A DNA stretch of 59,782 bases from Blastocatellia bacterium (GTDB lineage: Bacteria > Acidobacteriota > Blastocatellia > RBC074), in the NCBI GenBank assembly GCA_046155425.1, contig JBJXFM010000485.1, forward strand, positions 1-59,782, in the 5' to 3' direction. A program made the position numbers and the translations under genes. Every line of letters begins with the position of its first letter. Positions within the stretch are counted from its first letter, which is position 1. This document shows, one piece after another, positions 48,124 through 56,774 of the stretch. The notes under the pieces were generated by a model. It made no database searches and had not been told where the DNA came from. It was given only the letters and a program-made list of their open reading frames with translations.

Positions 48124-48222
48124 TTCTCAGCGAACTCTGCCGGCAAACACAGGCCGGACACCACGGCCGATCAACGGGCTGGTCTGCACAGACACCTGTC
48201 CCAGGGGAATTGCAAAACGTTA

Positions 48223-48251
48223 AGAATAGGCGGCGGACACAGGTGTGTCAA
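48223..48251 (-). promoter_or_regulatory. candidate sigma70-type promoter for ffh
   Basis: On the minus strand: TTGACA (48251-48246), a 17-nt spacer, then TATTCT (48228-48223), ~100 nt upstream of the ffh ATG. Pattern match only. Confidence 0.3.
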
Positions 48252-48276
48252 GGAATTGCAACCATTTTGTGATCAA

Positions 48277-49635
48277 TTAATCCGGCGGGTTTTTCATGGA
48301 ACTGTTTGCGGATGAAGCATTTGCCAGCAGGATCCGCAGGTCGCGAACGTTGTTGCCGGTGGGTCCCGTGATCAATGCGTCATCAAGGGCGCCAAAAAAT
48401 GTGAAGGAATCGCTGTTGTCCAGCAATGCGCCCGCTGACAAATTTTGTCTGTGCGCGCGCGCGATGGTGTCCGCGCCGGCAATCGCTCCGGCGGCCGGAC
48501 TGTGCCCATCGATCCCGTCCGTGCCCGCGCTGAGGACAACCGTGCCGGTCAGACCACGCTGTTCCATGGCGATGGCGGCGCGCAGGACAAATTCCTGGTT
48601 GCGGCCCCCGCGTCCGGTCCCGCGCACAGGGCAGATGACCTCGCCGCCGGACAACAGGCAGACGGTTTTGCCCGGATGTCTTGCGCCGAGATCCGCCAGA
48701 TGATCCAGATGCGCCACGGCCATCTCCTGGACATCGCCCTCGACCAGGTCATGCGCGATTTCCACCGCGCAACCCATTTCCCGCGCGATGTCCGCCGCGC
48801 GCGCAAGCGCAATTTCATTGTCCAGCAACAGATGATGCGCGCCGGCATTTGGCGGTTGTTCCGCCTGCGTATGCGCCAGCGCGCGGCGCAACACATCGGC
48901 GGCGCGCGCTGGGAATGCGTTCAGCAGGTCAAACCGCGCGACGATCCGTTGCAGCTCCGCCACGGTCGCCCGGCTGGCAATCGTCGGCCCCGAAGCGATT
49001 GTCGCCAGATCGTCGCTGTTGACATCGGAAATATATAAAGACACCTGTCGCGCACGCGGCGCGGCCTCGGCCAGACGCCCGCCCTTGACGGCGGACAGGT
49101 ATTTGCGGACGACATTCATTTCGCCGATCACCGCGCCGCATCCGACCAGGACGCGATTGACTTCGCGCAGATCCTCCAGCGTCAGACTGTCGTCAATCGG
49201 TTTTTCAAACAGCGCCGACCCGCCACCGGAAATCAGAAACAGGACCAGCGTGTCGTCTCCATCCGCCGCGCGCAGCATCTCCAGCGCCGCGCCGGCCGCC
49301 GCCACGCTTTGCGCATTCGGCAGCGGATGCCCGCCCAGCATGACGCGAAACCCCGGCGGCGGCGCGCCGTCAAAGGCATTCGTGACCATCAGGCCTTCGC
49401 TGATGTGTGTGTCCAGGGCATCGATTGCGCCGCGCGTCATGGTCGCGGCCGCCTTGCCAATCGCGATCACCAACAGACGCGACACACGCGTCAGGTCATA
49501 CGGCGTTTGTCCGGCGGTCAGCGTGTCGCCGGATCGTCGCAGCGCCGCGCGCACCACGGTTTCGGCGTCAATCGCCGCCAGCGTGCGCCGGAAAATGGAT
49601 TGCGCCAGATGACGTAAGACAGTCAGATCGGTCAC
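48277..49635 (-). CDS. glycerate 2-kinase / hydroxypyruvate-reductase-like protein (DUF4147 + MOFRL)
   Basis: 452 aa. LLVIAIGKAA...GGHPLP...LISGGGSALFE...GGEVICPVRGTGRGGRNQEF...SAGTDGIDG are MOFRL-family motifs. Confidence 0.85.
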   Translation of the reverse strand: MTDLTVLRHLAQSIFRRTLAAIDAETVVRAALRRSGDTLTAGQTPYDLTRVSRLLVIAIGKAAATMTRGAIDALDTHISEGLMVTNAFDGAPPPGFRVMLGGHPLPNAQSVAAAGAALEMLRAADGDDTLVLFLISGGGSALFEKPIDDSLTLEDLREVNRVLVGCGAVIGEMNVVRKYLSAVKGGRLAEAAPRARQVSLYISDVNSDDLATIASGPTIASRATVAELQRIVARFDLLNAFPARAADVLRRALAHTQAEQPPNAGAHHLLLDNEIALARAADIAREMGCAVEIAHDLVEGDVQEMAVAHLDHLADLGARHPGKTVCLLSGGEVICPVRGTGRGGRNQEFVLRAAIAMEQRGLTGTVVLSAGTDGIDGHSPAAGAIAGADTIARAHRQNLSAGALLDNSDSFTFFGALDDALITGPTGNNVRDLRILLANASSANSSMKNPPD

Positions 49636-49750
49636 GGGATTGCCTCCGGTGGTTTTCTGTCACGAACTCGCTTGCGTCCTCGTATTAGAGCCTGTTCTAA
49701 TCCCGCCAGCAACGTTGTTCCACATCAATTCCGTCATTCGCGTAACGCCC

Positions 49751-50278
49751 ATGCTTTTTGCCGTCGGATCGCAAAACCCCGTCAAGCTCGGCTGCGTCGC
49801 CGAAGCCATTGCCATGTTCCGGCCCGAGGCCCGCGCCACCGGCGTCAATACGGACTCGGGCGTCAGCGCGCAGCCCATGTCGGATGACGAAATGCGCGCG
49901 GGGGCGCTGAACCGCGCGCGCCAGGCCCTGGACCTTGTCGCCGAAGCCGAATACGGCGTGGGCATCGAGGGCGGCGTGCTCGACACCAGCGACGGCATGT
50001 GGGCCTACGCATGGGTGGTGATCGTCGATCGCGCGGGTCGCGTGGGCAAGGGGCAGACCGGACGTTTTTTATTGCCCGATGGCGTCGCGCGTCTGATCCG
50101 CGACGAGGGCCTGGAACTCGGCGAGGCTGATGACCGTTTTTTCGGCCGCAGCAATTCCAAACAAAAAGAAGGCGCCATTGGCATTCTGTCCGATGGCCGC
50201 ATGACCCGATTGCAGTTGTACAAACCCGCGGTGGTGTTCGCCCTGATGCGTTTTCTGCATCCGGAAAACTATGAATGA
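49751..50278 (+). CDS. inosine/xanthosine triphosphatase-like NTPase (DUF84/YjjX type)
   Basis: The start is trimmed to the ATG at 49751. MLFAVGSQNPVKLGCVAEA...GVSAQPMSDDEMRAGALNRA...YGVGIEGGV matches the YjjX family. Confidence 0.8.
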   Translation: MLFAVGSQNPVKLGCVAEAIAMFRPEARATGVNTDSGVSAQPMSDDEMRAGALNRARQALDLVAEAEYGVGIEGGVLDTSDGMWAYAWVVIVDRAGRVGKGQTGRFLLPDGVARLIRDEGLELGEADDRFFGRSNSKQKEGAIGILSDGRMTRLQLYKPAVVFALMRFLHPENYE

Positions 50279-50296
50279 GCGATGAAGGAGGGACCC

Positions 50297-51898
50297 ATGA
50301 AATCACTTGTTCGCGTCTGGCTGGCTGTCCTGACGGTGCTCGGCGTGGCCACGGTTCTGCATGGCGCGCAAACGGGCGCCTATGACGTATTGATCCGCAA
50401 CGCCCGCATTGTCGATGGAACCGGGGCCGCGTGGTATCGCGGCGACATCGCGTTGCGCGGAGATTCCATCGCCGCCATCGGGCATCTCGGTGAAACGGCC
50501 GCGCGCCGCGTGATCGAGGCCCGGGACATGGTTGTCGCGCCGGGCTTCATCGACATTCACAGCCACGCGCGCCGGACGATTTTTGAAGTTCCCACCGCCG
50601 AGAATTGCATTCGCCAGGGCGTGACCACGGTCATCGAAGGCCCCGACGGCAGTTCGCCCCTGCCGCTGAAACCGTATATGGACAAGCTCGCGGCGGCGCG
50701 CATCGGCATCAACTTTGGCATGTTTGCCGGGCAGGGCACGATTCGCGAACAGGTCATCGGCAACATCGACCGCAAAGCCACGGCCGATGAAATTGAAAAA
50801 ATGAAGGAACTGGTCCGCCAGGCCATGCTCGATGGCGCATTCGGCCTGAGCACCGGATTGTTTTATGTGCCCGGCAATTTCACGCCGACCGAAGAGGTGA
50901 TCGAGCTGGCGAAAGTCGCGGGTCGCATGGGCGGCATGCACATCTCGCACATGCGTGAGGAATCATCCGATGTGCTGAAAAGCGTCGCCGAGACCATCGC
51001 CATTGGCGAAAAAGGCGGTTTGCCCACCCAGGTCACCCATCACAAGATCGTTGGCACGGGCAACTGGGGCCGCAGCGTCGATACGCTGAAAATGATCGCC
51101 GCCGCCCGCGCGCGTGGCGTCGATGTCAGCATCGATCAGTATCCATACACGGCTTCGAGCACGAGCATCACCATGCTCATGCCGCAATGGGCGCAGGAAG
51201 GGAAACGCGAGGACGTGCTCAAACGCCTTGGCGATGCGCCCACGCGCGCGCGCATCAAAGCCGGGATCATCGACAACATCAAATACAACCGCGGCGGTGG
51301 TGACCCGAAAAACGTCGTCATCGCCCGTTGTGAATGGGACCAGAGCCTCGAAGGCAAAAACCTCGCGGAAATCACAAAAATGCGCGGCCGCGCCGCGACC
51401 CTTGAGGACGCCGCCGAAACCACCATGGACATTGTCGCCAAAGGCGGCGCCGGCGGTATTTTTCATGCGATCAACGAAGACGATGTCGTGCGAATCATGC
51501 AGGACCCGCTGACCATGATCGCCTCCGACGGCGGGATTGAAGTCATCGGCCGCGGCGCGCCGCACCCGCGCAGTTACGGCACATTCGCGCGCGTGCTGGG
51601 TGTGTACGTGCGCGAAAAACAGGCGCTGAAACTGGAAGAAGCCGTGCGCAAAATGAGTTCACTGCCCGCCGCGCGCCTTGGATTGCAGGATCGCGGATTG
51701 TTGCGTCCGGGAATGAAGGCGGACATTGTTTTGTTTGATCCCGCGACCGTGCGCGACCGCGCGACATTTACGAACCCGCATCAATATGCCGAGGGCGTCA
51801 GTTTTGTGTTCGTCAACGGCGCGCTTGTGCTGGATGGCGGAAAAATGACGGACAGGCGGTCCGGCCAGGTTTTGCGCGGCGCGGGGGCGCGGAAGTGA
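50297..51898 (+). CDS. N-acyl-D-amino-acid deacylase (D-aminoacylase) family amidohydrolase, secreted
   Basis: The start at 50297 has AAGGAGG 6 nt upstream and is followed by a signal peptide. APGFIDIHSH metal motif and further D-aminoacylase-like segments (VSIDQYPY, IASDGG). Confidence 0.85.
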   Translation: MKSLVRVWLAVLTVLGVATVLHGAQTGAYDVLIRNARIVDGTGAAWYRGDIALRGDSIAAIGHLGETAARRVIEARDMVVAPGFIDIHSHARRTIFEVPTAENCIRQGVTTVIEGPDGSSPLPLKPYMDKLAAARIGINFGMFAGQGTIREQVIGNIDRKATADEIEKMKELVRQAMLDGAFGLSTGLFYVPGNFTPTEEVIELAKVAGRMGGMHISHMREESSDVLKSVAETIAIGEKGGLPTQVTHHKIVGTGNWGRSVDTLKMIAAARARGVDVSIDQYPYTASSTSITMLMPQWAQEGKREDVLKRLGDAPTRARIKAGIIDNIKYNRGGGDPKNVVIARCEWDQSLEGKNLAEITKMRGRAATLEDAAETTMDIVAKGGAGGIFHAINEDDVVRIMQDPLTMIASDGGIEVIGRGAPHPRSYGTFARVLGVYVREKQALKLEEAVRKMSSLPAARLGLQDRGLLRPGMKADIVLFDPATVRDRATFTNPHQYAEGVSFVFVNGALVLDGGKMTDRRSGQVLRGAGARK

Positions 51899-51956
51899 CA
51901 AGGGATGGTATGGCGAAGTTTTTACGTGCTACACTTTCGCGCACGAGGGGAAATTT

Positions 51957-52178
51957 ATGCAGGTAATTACATACGAAGCAGTTGTGGAAGATGGGCAGAT
52001 CAAATTGCCGGATTCTGTCCGTCTGCCTGAAAAGACACGTGTTTATGTCATTGTTCCAGGGCTTGCTGCTCCGGCCTCACGCTATTTTGTCGGGAGCCCT
52101 CGCCTCGTACGGCCGGAACAGGCGATGGATTTTGCCAAAGAGGTGATCCGGGAAACAAAGGATGCCGACATACAATAA
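51957..52178 (+). CDS. small DUF104/AF2212-like (antitoxin-like) protein
   Basis: 73 aa. YEAVVEDGQIKLPDSVRLPEKTRVYVIV matches the 'ENGVFKPLEKVDLPEGTKV'-type pattern of AF2212-like proteins. It is AT-richer than its surroundings (26 of the first 60 nt are G/C by my count). Confidence 0.55.
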   Translation: MQVITYEAVVEDGQIKLPDSVRLPEKTRVYVIVPGLAAPASRYFVGSPRLVRPEQAMDFAKEVIRETKDADIQ

Positions 52179-52545
52179 CTCTCTGTTCCTGCCGCCTGCC
52201 CCTGTTGCGGAAATCACGTTGCGGCATTCGATCAGCGGGGCAGCGCTTCCTGACGTTCTGATGCTGATTGATTCCGGCGCCGACGTGACGCTTTTGCCCA
52301 GGCCTTTTGTCCGGTTGCTGGAAATAGCCGTGATTCCTGATGTTCGCTACCCCCTTGCGGGATTTGACGGGCATGTCGCGGATTATGAGGCAGTACGTGC
52401 GGATGTGATTTTCCAGGGCCAGACGTTCAGGGGGCAGTATCTTGTGATTGACGAAGACTGGGGGCTGCTCGGGCGTGACATTCTGAACCACCTGCGCCTC
52501 GTTCTGGATGGACCAGCGTTGAGCTGGGAAGCCGGGGCCACATAG
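52162..52545 (+). CDS. retropepsin-like aspartic protease domain protein
   Basis: 127 aa. LMLIDSGADVTLLP (D-S/T-G-A active-site motif) and GLLGRDILNHL (C-terminal dimer-interface-like motif). It overlaps the preceding ORF by 17 nt. Confidence 0.65.
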   Translation: MPTYNNSLFLPPAPVAEITLRHSISGAALPDVLMLIDSGADVTLLPRPFVRLLEIAVIPDVRYPLAGFDGHVADYEAVRADVIFQGQTFRGQYLVIDEDWGLLGRDILNHLRLVLDGPALSWEAGAT

Positions 52546-52651
52546 GTTTCCAACCGTCTTGTGATTCTCCTCTCCCTGGACAAGCCCGCCGCCAATCCAC
52601 TACATTGCCTCTTACTTCATATCGCCTTTCCGTCAGGAGAAATATTCATAC

Positions 52652-53752
52652 GTGTTACGCGCAGGTATCGTCGGATTGCCCAATGTCGGCAAATCCACGC
52701 TTTTCAACGCGCTGACGGCCGCCAAAGCCGAAGCGCAAAACTATCCTTTCTGCACGGTCGAGCCGAACGTCGGCGTCGTCGAAGTGCCTGACGCCCGTTT
52801 GCAGAAACTGGCCGCGCTGGTCAAACCGCAAAAGGTCGTTCCGGCCGTCGTCGAATTCGTGGACATCGCCGGCCTCGTCAAGGGCGCGGCGCAGGGCGAA
52901 GGTCTCGGCAATCAGTTCCTTGCCAACATCCGCGAAACCGATGCCATCGTGCATGTCGTTCGTTGTTTCGACGACCCCGATGTCATTCACGTCATGGGCG
53001 GCGTGGACCCCGCGCGCGACCGCGAGATCATCGAACTCGAACTGGCGCTGGCCGATCTGGCCTCGGTCGAAAAACGCATCGACCGCGCGCGCAAAACCGC
53101 CAAAGCCGGCGACAAGGACGCGCTGGCCGAATTGCCCGTGCTGGAAATCGCCCTGCAAACGCTCAGCGATGGCCAGGGCATCAGCAGCGCCGGGCTCGAC
53201 GCCGATCAGATGGCGCTGATCAAATCGCTGAATCTGCTGACGGCGAAACCCATTCTGTATGCCGCCAATGTCACCGACGCCGAGCTGACCGGCGAGGAAG
53301 GCCCATATCTCAAGGCGCTGCGCGCGGCCGTCGAAGCGAGTGGCGAGACCGCGGACATTGTTCCCTTTTCCGCGAAAATCGAAGCCGAGTTGTCCGAATT
53401 GTCGCCGGAAGACCGCGCCGAATTTCTGAGCTCGCTGGGGCTTGAATCCGCCGGGCTGGATCGTCTGATTCACGCGGCGTACGCCCTGCTTGGATTGCAG
53501 ACCTATTTCACGGCCGGTGAAAAGGAAGTGCGCGCCTGGACGATTCACAAGGGCGACACCGCGCCCAAAGCCGCCGCCGTGATTCATACGGATTTCGAGA
53601 AGGGCTTTATCCGCGCGGAAACCGTCGCCTATGCCGATTTTGTCGGCAATGGCGGCTGGAAAGACGCGCGGGAAAAAGGCCTGATGCGGTCGGAAGGCAA
53701 GGAATATATCGTGCAGGATGGCGATGTGATGCTGTTCCGCTTTAATGTGTAA
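52652..53752 (+). CDS. ychF: redox-regulated ribosome-binding ATPase YchF
   Basis: GTG start. (M)[21 protein letters not shown]...NYPFCTIEPN-like, with TGS and C-terminal domains ([10 protein letters not shown]). Confidence 0.95.
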   Translation: MLRAGIVGLPNVGKSTLFNALTAAKAEAQNYPFCTVEPNVGVVEVPDARLQKLAALVKPQKVVPAVVEFVDIAGLVKGAAQGEGLGNQFLANIRETDAIVHVVRCFDDPDVIHVMGGVDPARDREIIELELALADLASVEKRIDRARKTAKAGDKDALAELPVLEIALQTLSDGQGISSAGLDADQMALIKSLNLLTAKPILYAANVTDAELTGEEGPYLKALRAAVEASGETADIVPFSAKIEAELSELSPEDRAEFLSSLGLESAGLDRLIHAAYALLGLQTYFTAGEKEVRAWTIHKGDTAPKAAAVIHTDFEKGFIRAETVAYADFVGNGGWKDAREKGLMRSEGKEYIVQDGDVMLFRFNV

Positions 53753-53771
53753 AGCGGAAATCTGCTCCACG

Positions 53772-53840
53772 AAGACAGACGAAGAGGCACGAAGGGAGAG
53801 ACAAAAAATATCTCTCCCTTCGTGCCTCTTCGTCTGTCTT
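53772..53840. terminator. perfect 30-bp hairpin between convergent ychF and NlpC/P60 genes
   Basis: aagacagacgaagaggcacgaagggagaga (53772-53801) is the exact reverse complement of tctctcccttcgtgcctcttcgtctgtctt (53811-53840). The loop is 9 nt (caaaaaata). The arms are built from three 10-nt acgaagNNNN units. No T-run on either side. Confidence 0.6.
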
Positions 53841-53857
53841 TGTGGAAACGTTTTGTT

Positions 53858-54700
53858 TTACCGCAGTTGCTTTGCGGGTTTGCGGGGCCTGGCCGGTCGC
53901 GGTGTTTCTTCTTCCGGTTCAGCTTCTGCTTTTGTGTCTGCTTTTGTATCTGCTTTTGTCTCCGGGTTGTCGGCCTCTTCATCGGCGGCCTCGACCGGAG
54001 CTGGCACGATGGGAGCTTTTTTCACCCGTGGCGTCAGCGTGCCCGGCGGCAAATCTCCGAGCAGCGGTGGGAGGTTGGGAATGCGGCGATAGCCGACAAT
54101 GCGGCTGGCCCAGTATCCATCCAGCGGCGAGAGCATGACACCCTGCGATGTCGCGGAATGATAAAAGGATTTGGCGTCGCGGACGATGCCGGCATGACCG
54201 AGGTCGTTGAAAAACACCAGGGTGCCGAACATCTGCTGCTCTTCCTCGGTCGCTTCCGGAAAGTTTTCCCAGTAATTCCGCGCGGATGAACGCTGGAACC
54301 GCATGCCCGCCTCGCGAAACACACGCCAGACAAATCCTGAACAGTCATACCCCGTGTCTTCAGACCCGTTGTACTGATAGGGAATGCCGATGCGCGCGTC
54401 CATGGCCTCGAGCAGGCGGACGGGAAACCCGGCCTGCCAGGCGCTGACCTCGACTCTGGTGTTGGCGATGTCCTGCGCGGTCACCATATCGGTTGTCAGC
54501 GCGGGCGGGCGTGGCGGCGGGCTGTTTTCGCGGCTGACTGTACTGATTCCCGGCGCCACGGCGCCAGGGCTGGTTTTGATTTTGAGCGTTGGTTTGTTGC
54601 GAATGGCGGGTGTCGTGGATGTTTCCTGTGCGCTGGTCCCCATTAACCAGACACAACAGACAAGGGCGGCAATCGGCGGCAATCTGAACAATTCTCGCAT
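53858..54700 (-). CDS. NlpC/P60 (C40) family peptidase, secreted, with acidic KADT-repeat tail
   Basis: The start is trimmed to MRELFRLPPIAALVCCVWLMGTSAQ (54700). GIPYQYNGSEDTGYDCSGFVWRVF contains the catalytic Cys, and HAGIV the His. The tail is ETKADTKADTKAEAEPEEE. Confidence 0.85.
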   Translation of the reverse strand: MRELFRLPPIAALVCCVWLMGTSAQETSTTPAIRNKPTLKIKTSPGAVAPGISTVSRENSPPPRPPALTTDMVTAQDIANTRVEVSAWQAGFPVRLLEAMDARIGIPYQYNGSEDTGYDCSGFVWRVFREAGMRFQRSSARNYWENFPEATEEEQQMFGTLVFFNDLGHAGIVRDAKSFYHSATSQGVMLSPLDGYWASRIVGYRRIPNLPPLLGDLPPGTLTPRVKKAPIVPAPVEAADEEADNPETKADTKADTKAEAEPEEETPRPARPRKPAKQLR

Positions 54701-54853
54701 GTAGTTTCTTTCCGCTGCTCTGATGCAAGGATGCAAGGGGAAGATCCGCGGCAGCAATTGTTCATGATGCTAGCACGGAACGCCGGTCATTTCGACCGGA
54801 AAGCAACATCGAAATGAATGAATGACCGGTCAAGTTGACCGGAAATTCGTCAT

Positions 54854-56569
54854 TCAGACCGCCCCCTGTTTCAGCTGTTCGACGGCGTATTCGCTGGCGC
54901 GCATCGCCAGCGCGAGGATCGTCAGCGTGGGATTGACGCAGGCGCTGGACACAAAACAACTGCCGTCCACGACGAACAGGTTGCGGACATCGTGCGCCTG
55001 ATTCCATTTGTTGAGGATCGATGTTTTGCGGTCATCGCCCATGCGCGCCGTGCCGACTTCGTGAATGCTGTGGCCGGGCGGATAGGGATCGAGGTTTTCC
55101 GTGACCAGCTCGATGCCCGCGTGGTGAAACATTTCGTGCGCGCATTCGATCACGTCGTGTGTCAGTTCGCGTTCGTTGTCGCCATAGGCGATGTCGATTT
55201 TCAGCGCCGGGATTCCCCAGGCGTCCCGCAGCTTCGGATCGATCGTGACCTTGTTTTCCGGGCGCGCCAGCACTTCGCCAAACCCGCTCATGCGAATCAT
55301 CGCCGGATGCCAGCTTTTGACCGCGTGTTTGAAATCCGCGCCGAATCCCGGCAGCAGTTTCGCGTGCCCGGGGAAAATGCCCGCGCCGCTCGAACACTGA
55401 TACCCGAAACCGCGAATGTATTTTGCCTGCCGCGACGCCCTGTCCAGATTGCGAAAACGCGGAATGTATGTGCCCTGCGGACGCCCGTCTTCATTGACGA
55501 TTTCGCGTCCTTTCAGTTTTGAAGCAAATCCCGTAAACGACACACCCCAGGTATGGTCGTGCAGGTAATGCCCCAGCACGCCGCTGGAATTGGCGACGCC
55601 ATGCGGATAAAAGCGCGATTTCGAGTTGAGCATGATCCGCGTGCTTTCCAGCGACGAGGCGCCCAGCACGACGATTTTGCCCAGCGCCTCGTATTCCTGC
55701 CGTGTTTCGCGATCGACAAAGGCCACGCCGCGCGCCCGGCCGGTGTTGCGGTCAATCAGGACTTCGCGGACTACGGAATTGGGCCGCAGCGTCAGGTTGC
55801 CGGTCGCCCGCGCGGGTTCCAGCAACGCCGTGGGTGAATTGAACATCGCGCCGACATCGCACCCGCGCCCGCACGTGCCGCAGTAATGACACGAGGCGCG
55901 ATGTTTCCGCACATCCGCCGGCAGCTTTTCCTTTTGCGACGTCACGCCGGCGCGCGTGGGAATCAGACGATGGCCCGATTTTTCCACGCCTTTTTTCAGC
56001 ATCATCTCGCCGCACAGCATCGGCTGTGGTTTCTGAAACACGCCGTCGGGCAGCTGCGGCAGGTTTTCATAACTGCCCATGACGCCGATCAGTTCATCGA
56101 CGCGGTCGTAATATGGTTTCAGGTCGGCGTAGGAAATCGGCCAGTCCTCGCCGTAACCATCGTGCGTGCGCGCCTTGAAATCGTAATCGCTCAGACGCAG
56201 GCTGACGCGGCCCCAGACCAGCGTGCGTCCGCCCACGGCGCGCGCGCGGACCCAGTCAAAGGGTTTGTCCTTCGGCGTCGAATAGGGGTTTTCATCCAGC
56301 CGCGCGTATATGTGATCGGTGTATCCGTCGGCGAACCCGTATTTGTAATTGTGCGCGTCGCGCGGCGACAGGCGGCCGCGAAATTTTTCCTCGTACGGCC
56401 ACGCGTGCGTTTTGAAATCGCTGTACAGATCCAGTTTTTTGCCGGCTTCGAGCACCAGGACTTTGAGGCCCGCGCGGGCCATGATCCATGCGGCCATGCC
56501 GCCCGCCGCGCCCGACCCGACAATGACTGCGTCATACACGATGTTCGCTTTGCCCGTGATGATCTCCAT
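54854..56569 (-). CDS. GMC family FAD-dependent oxidoreductase
   Basis: YDAVIVGSGAAGGMAAWIMARAG (FAD GxGxxG motif), with the C-terminal GMC region HEVGTARMG...NLFVVDGS. Confidence 0.85.
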   Translation of the reverse strand: MEIITGKANIVYDAVIVGSGAAGGMAAWIMARAGLKVLVLEAGKKLDLYSDFKTHAWPYEEKFRGRLSPRDAHNYKYGFADGYTDHIYARLDENPYSTPKDKPFDWVRARAVGGRTLVWGRVSLRLSDYDFKARTHDGYGEDWPISYADLKPYYDRVDELIGVMGSYENLPQLPDGVFQKPQPMLCGEMMLKKGVEKSGHRLIPTRAGVTSQKEKLPADVRKHRASCHYCGTCGRGCDVGAMFNSPTALLEPARATGNLTLRPNSVVREVLIDRNTGRARGVAFVDRETRQEYEALGKIVVLGASSLESTRIMLNSKSRFYPHGVANSSGVLGHYLHDHTWGVSFTGFASKLKGREIVNEDGRPQGTYIPRFRNLDRASRQAKYIRGFGYQCSSGAGIFPGHAKLLPGFGADFKHAVKSWHPAMIRMSGFGEVLARPENKVTIDPKLRDAWGIPALKIDIAYGDNERELTHDVIECAHEMFHHAGIELVTENLDPYPPGHSIHEVGTARMGDDRKTSILNKWNQAHDVRNLFVVDGSCFVSSACVNPTLTILALAMRASEYAVEQLKQGAV

Positions 56570-56659
56570 GCGCTGTGTTCCTGTTGATGGCGCTGTCCGC
56601 CCGTTGTTTTCGCAATAATGCAGGGAAATGCTGTGTCATATAGAGCCACAAACGAAGAG

Positions 56660-56758
56660 AAGAGTGAAAGGGGAAGGGTGAAGAGTGAAGATTTTCTGCC
56701 GGGCGGCCAGACGGATTGTCTTTACTTTTCACTCTTCACTCCTCACTCTTCACTCTTC
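56660..56758. repeat. imperfect inverted pair of 7-nt tandem arrays in the divergent GMC/ALDH intergenic region
   Basis: Left array: aagagtg aaagggg aagggtg aagagtg (56660-56687). Right array: cactctt cactcct cactctt cactctt (~56731-56758), ending 2 nt before the AAGGAG SD of the ALDH gene. Confidence 0.6.
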
Positions 56759-56774
56759 AAAAGGAGACACGCCT

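Noticed and set aside
52655-53770. 371-aa minus-strand ORF
   Set aside because: It is exactly antisense to ychF, one of the most conserved genes in the window.
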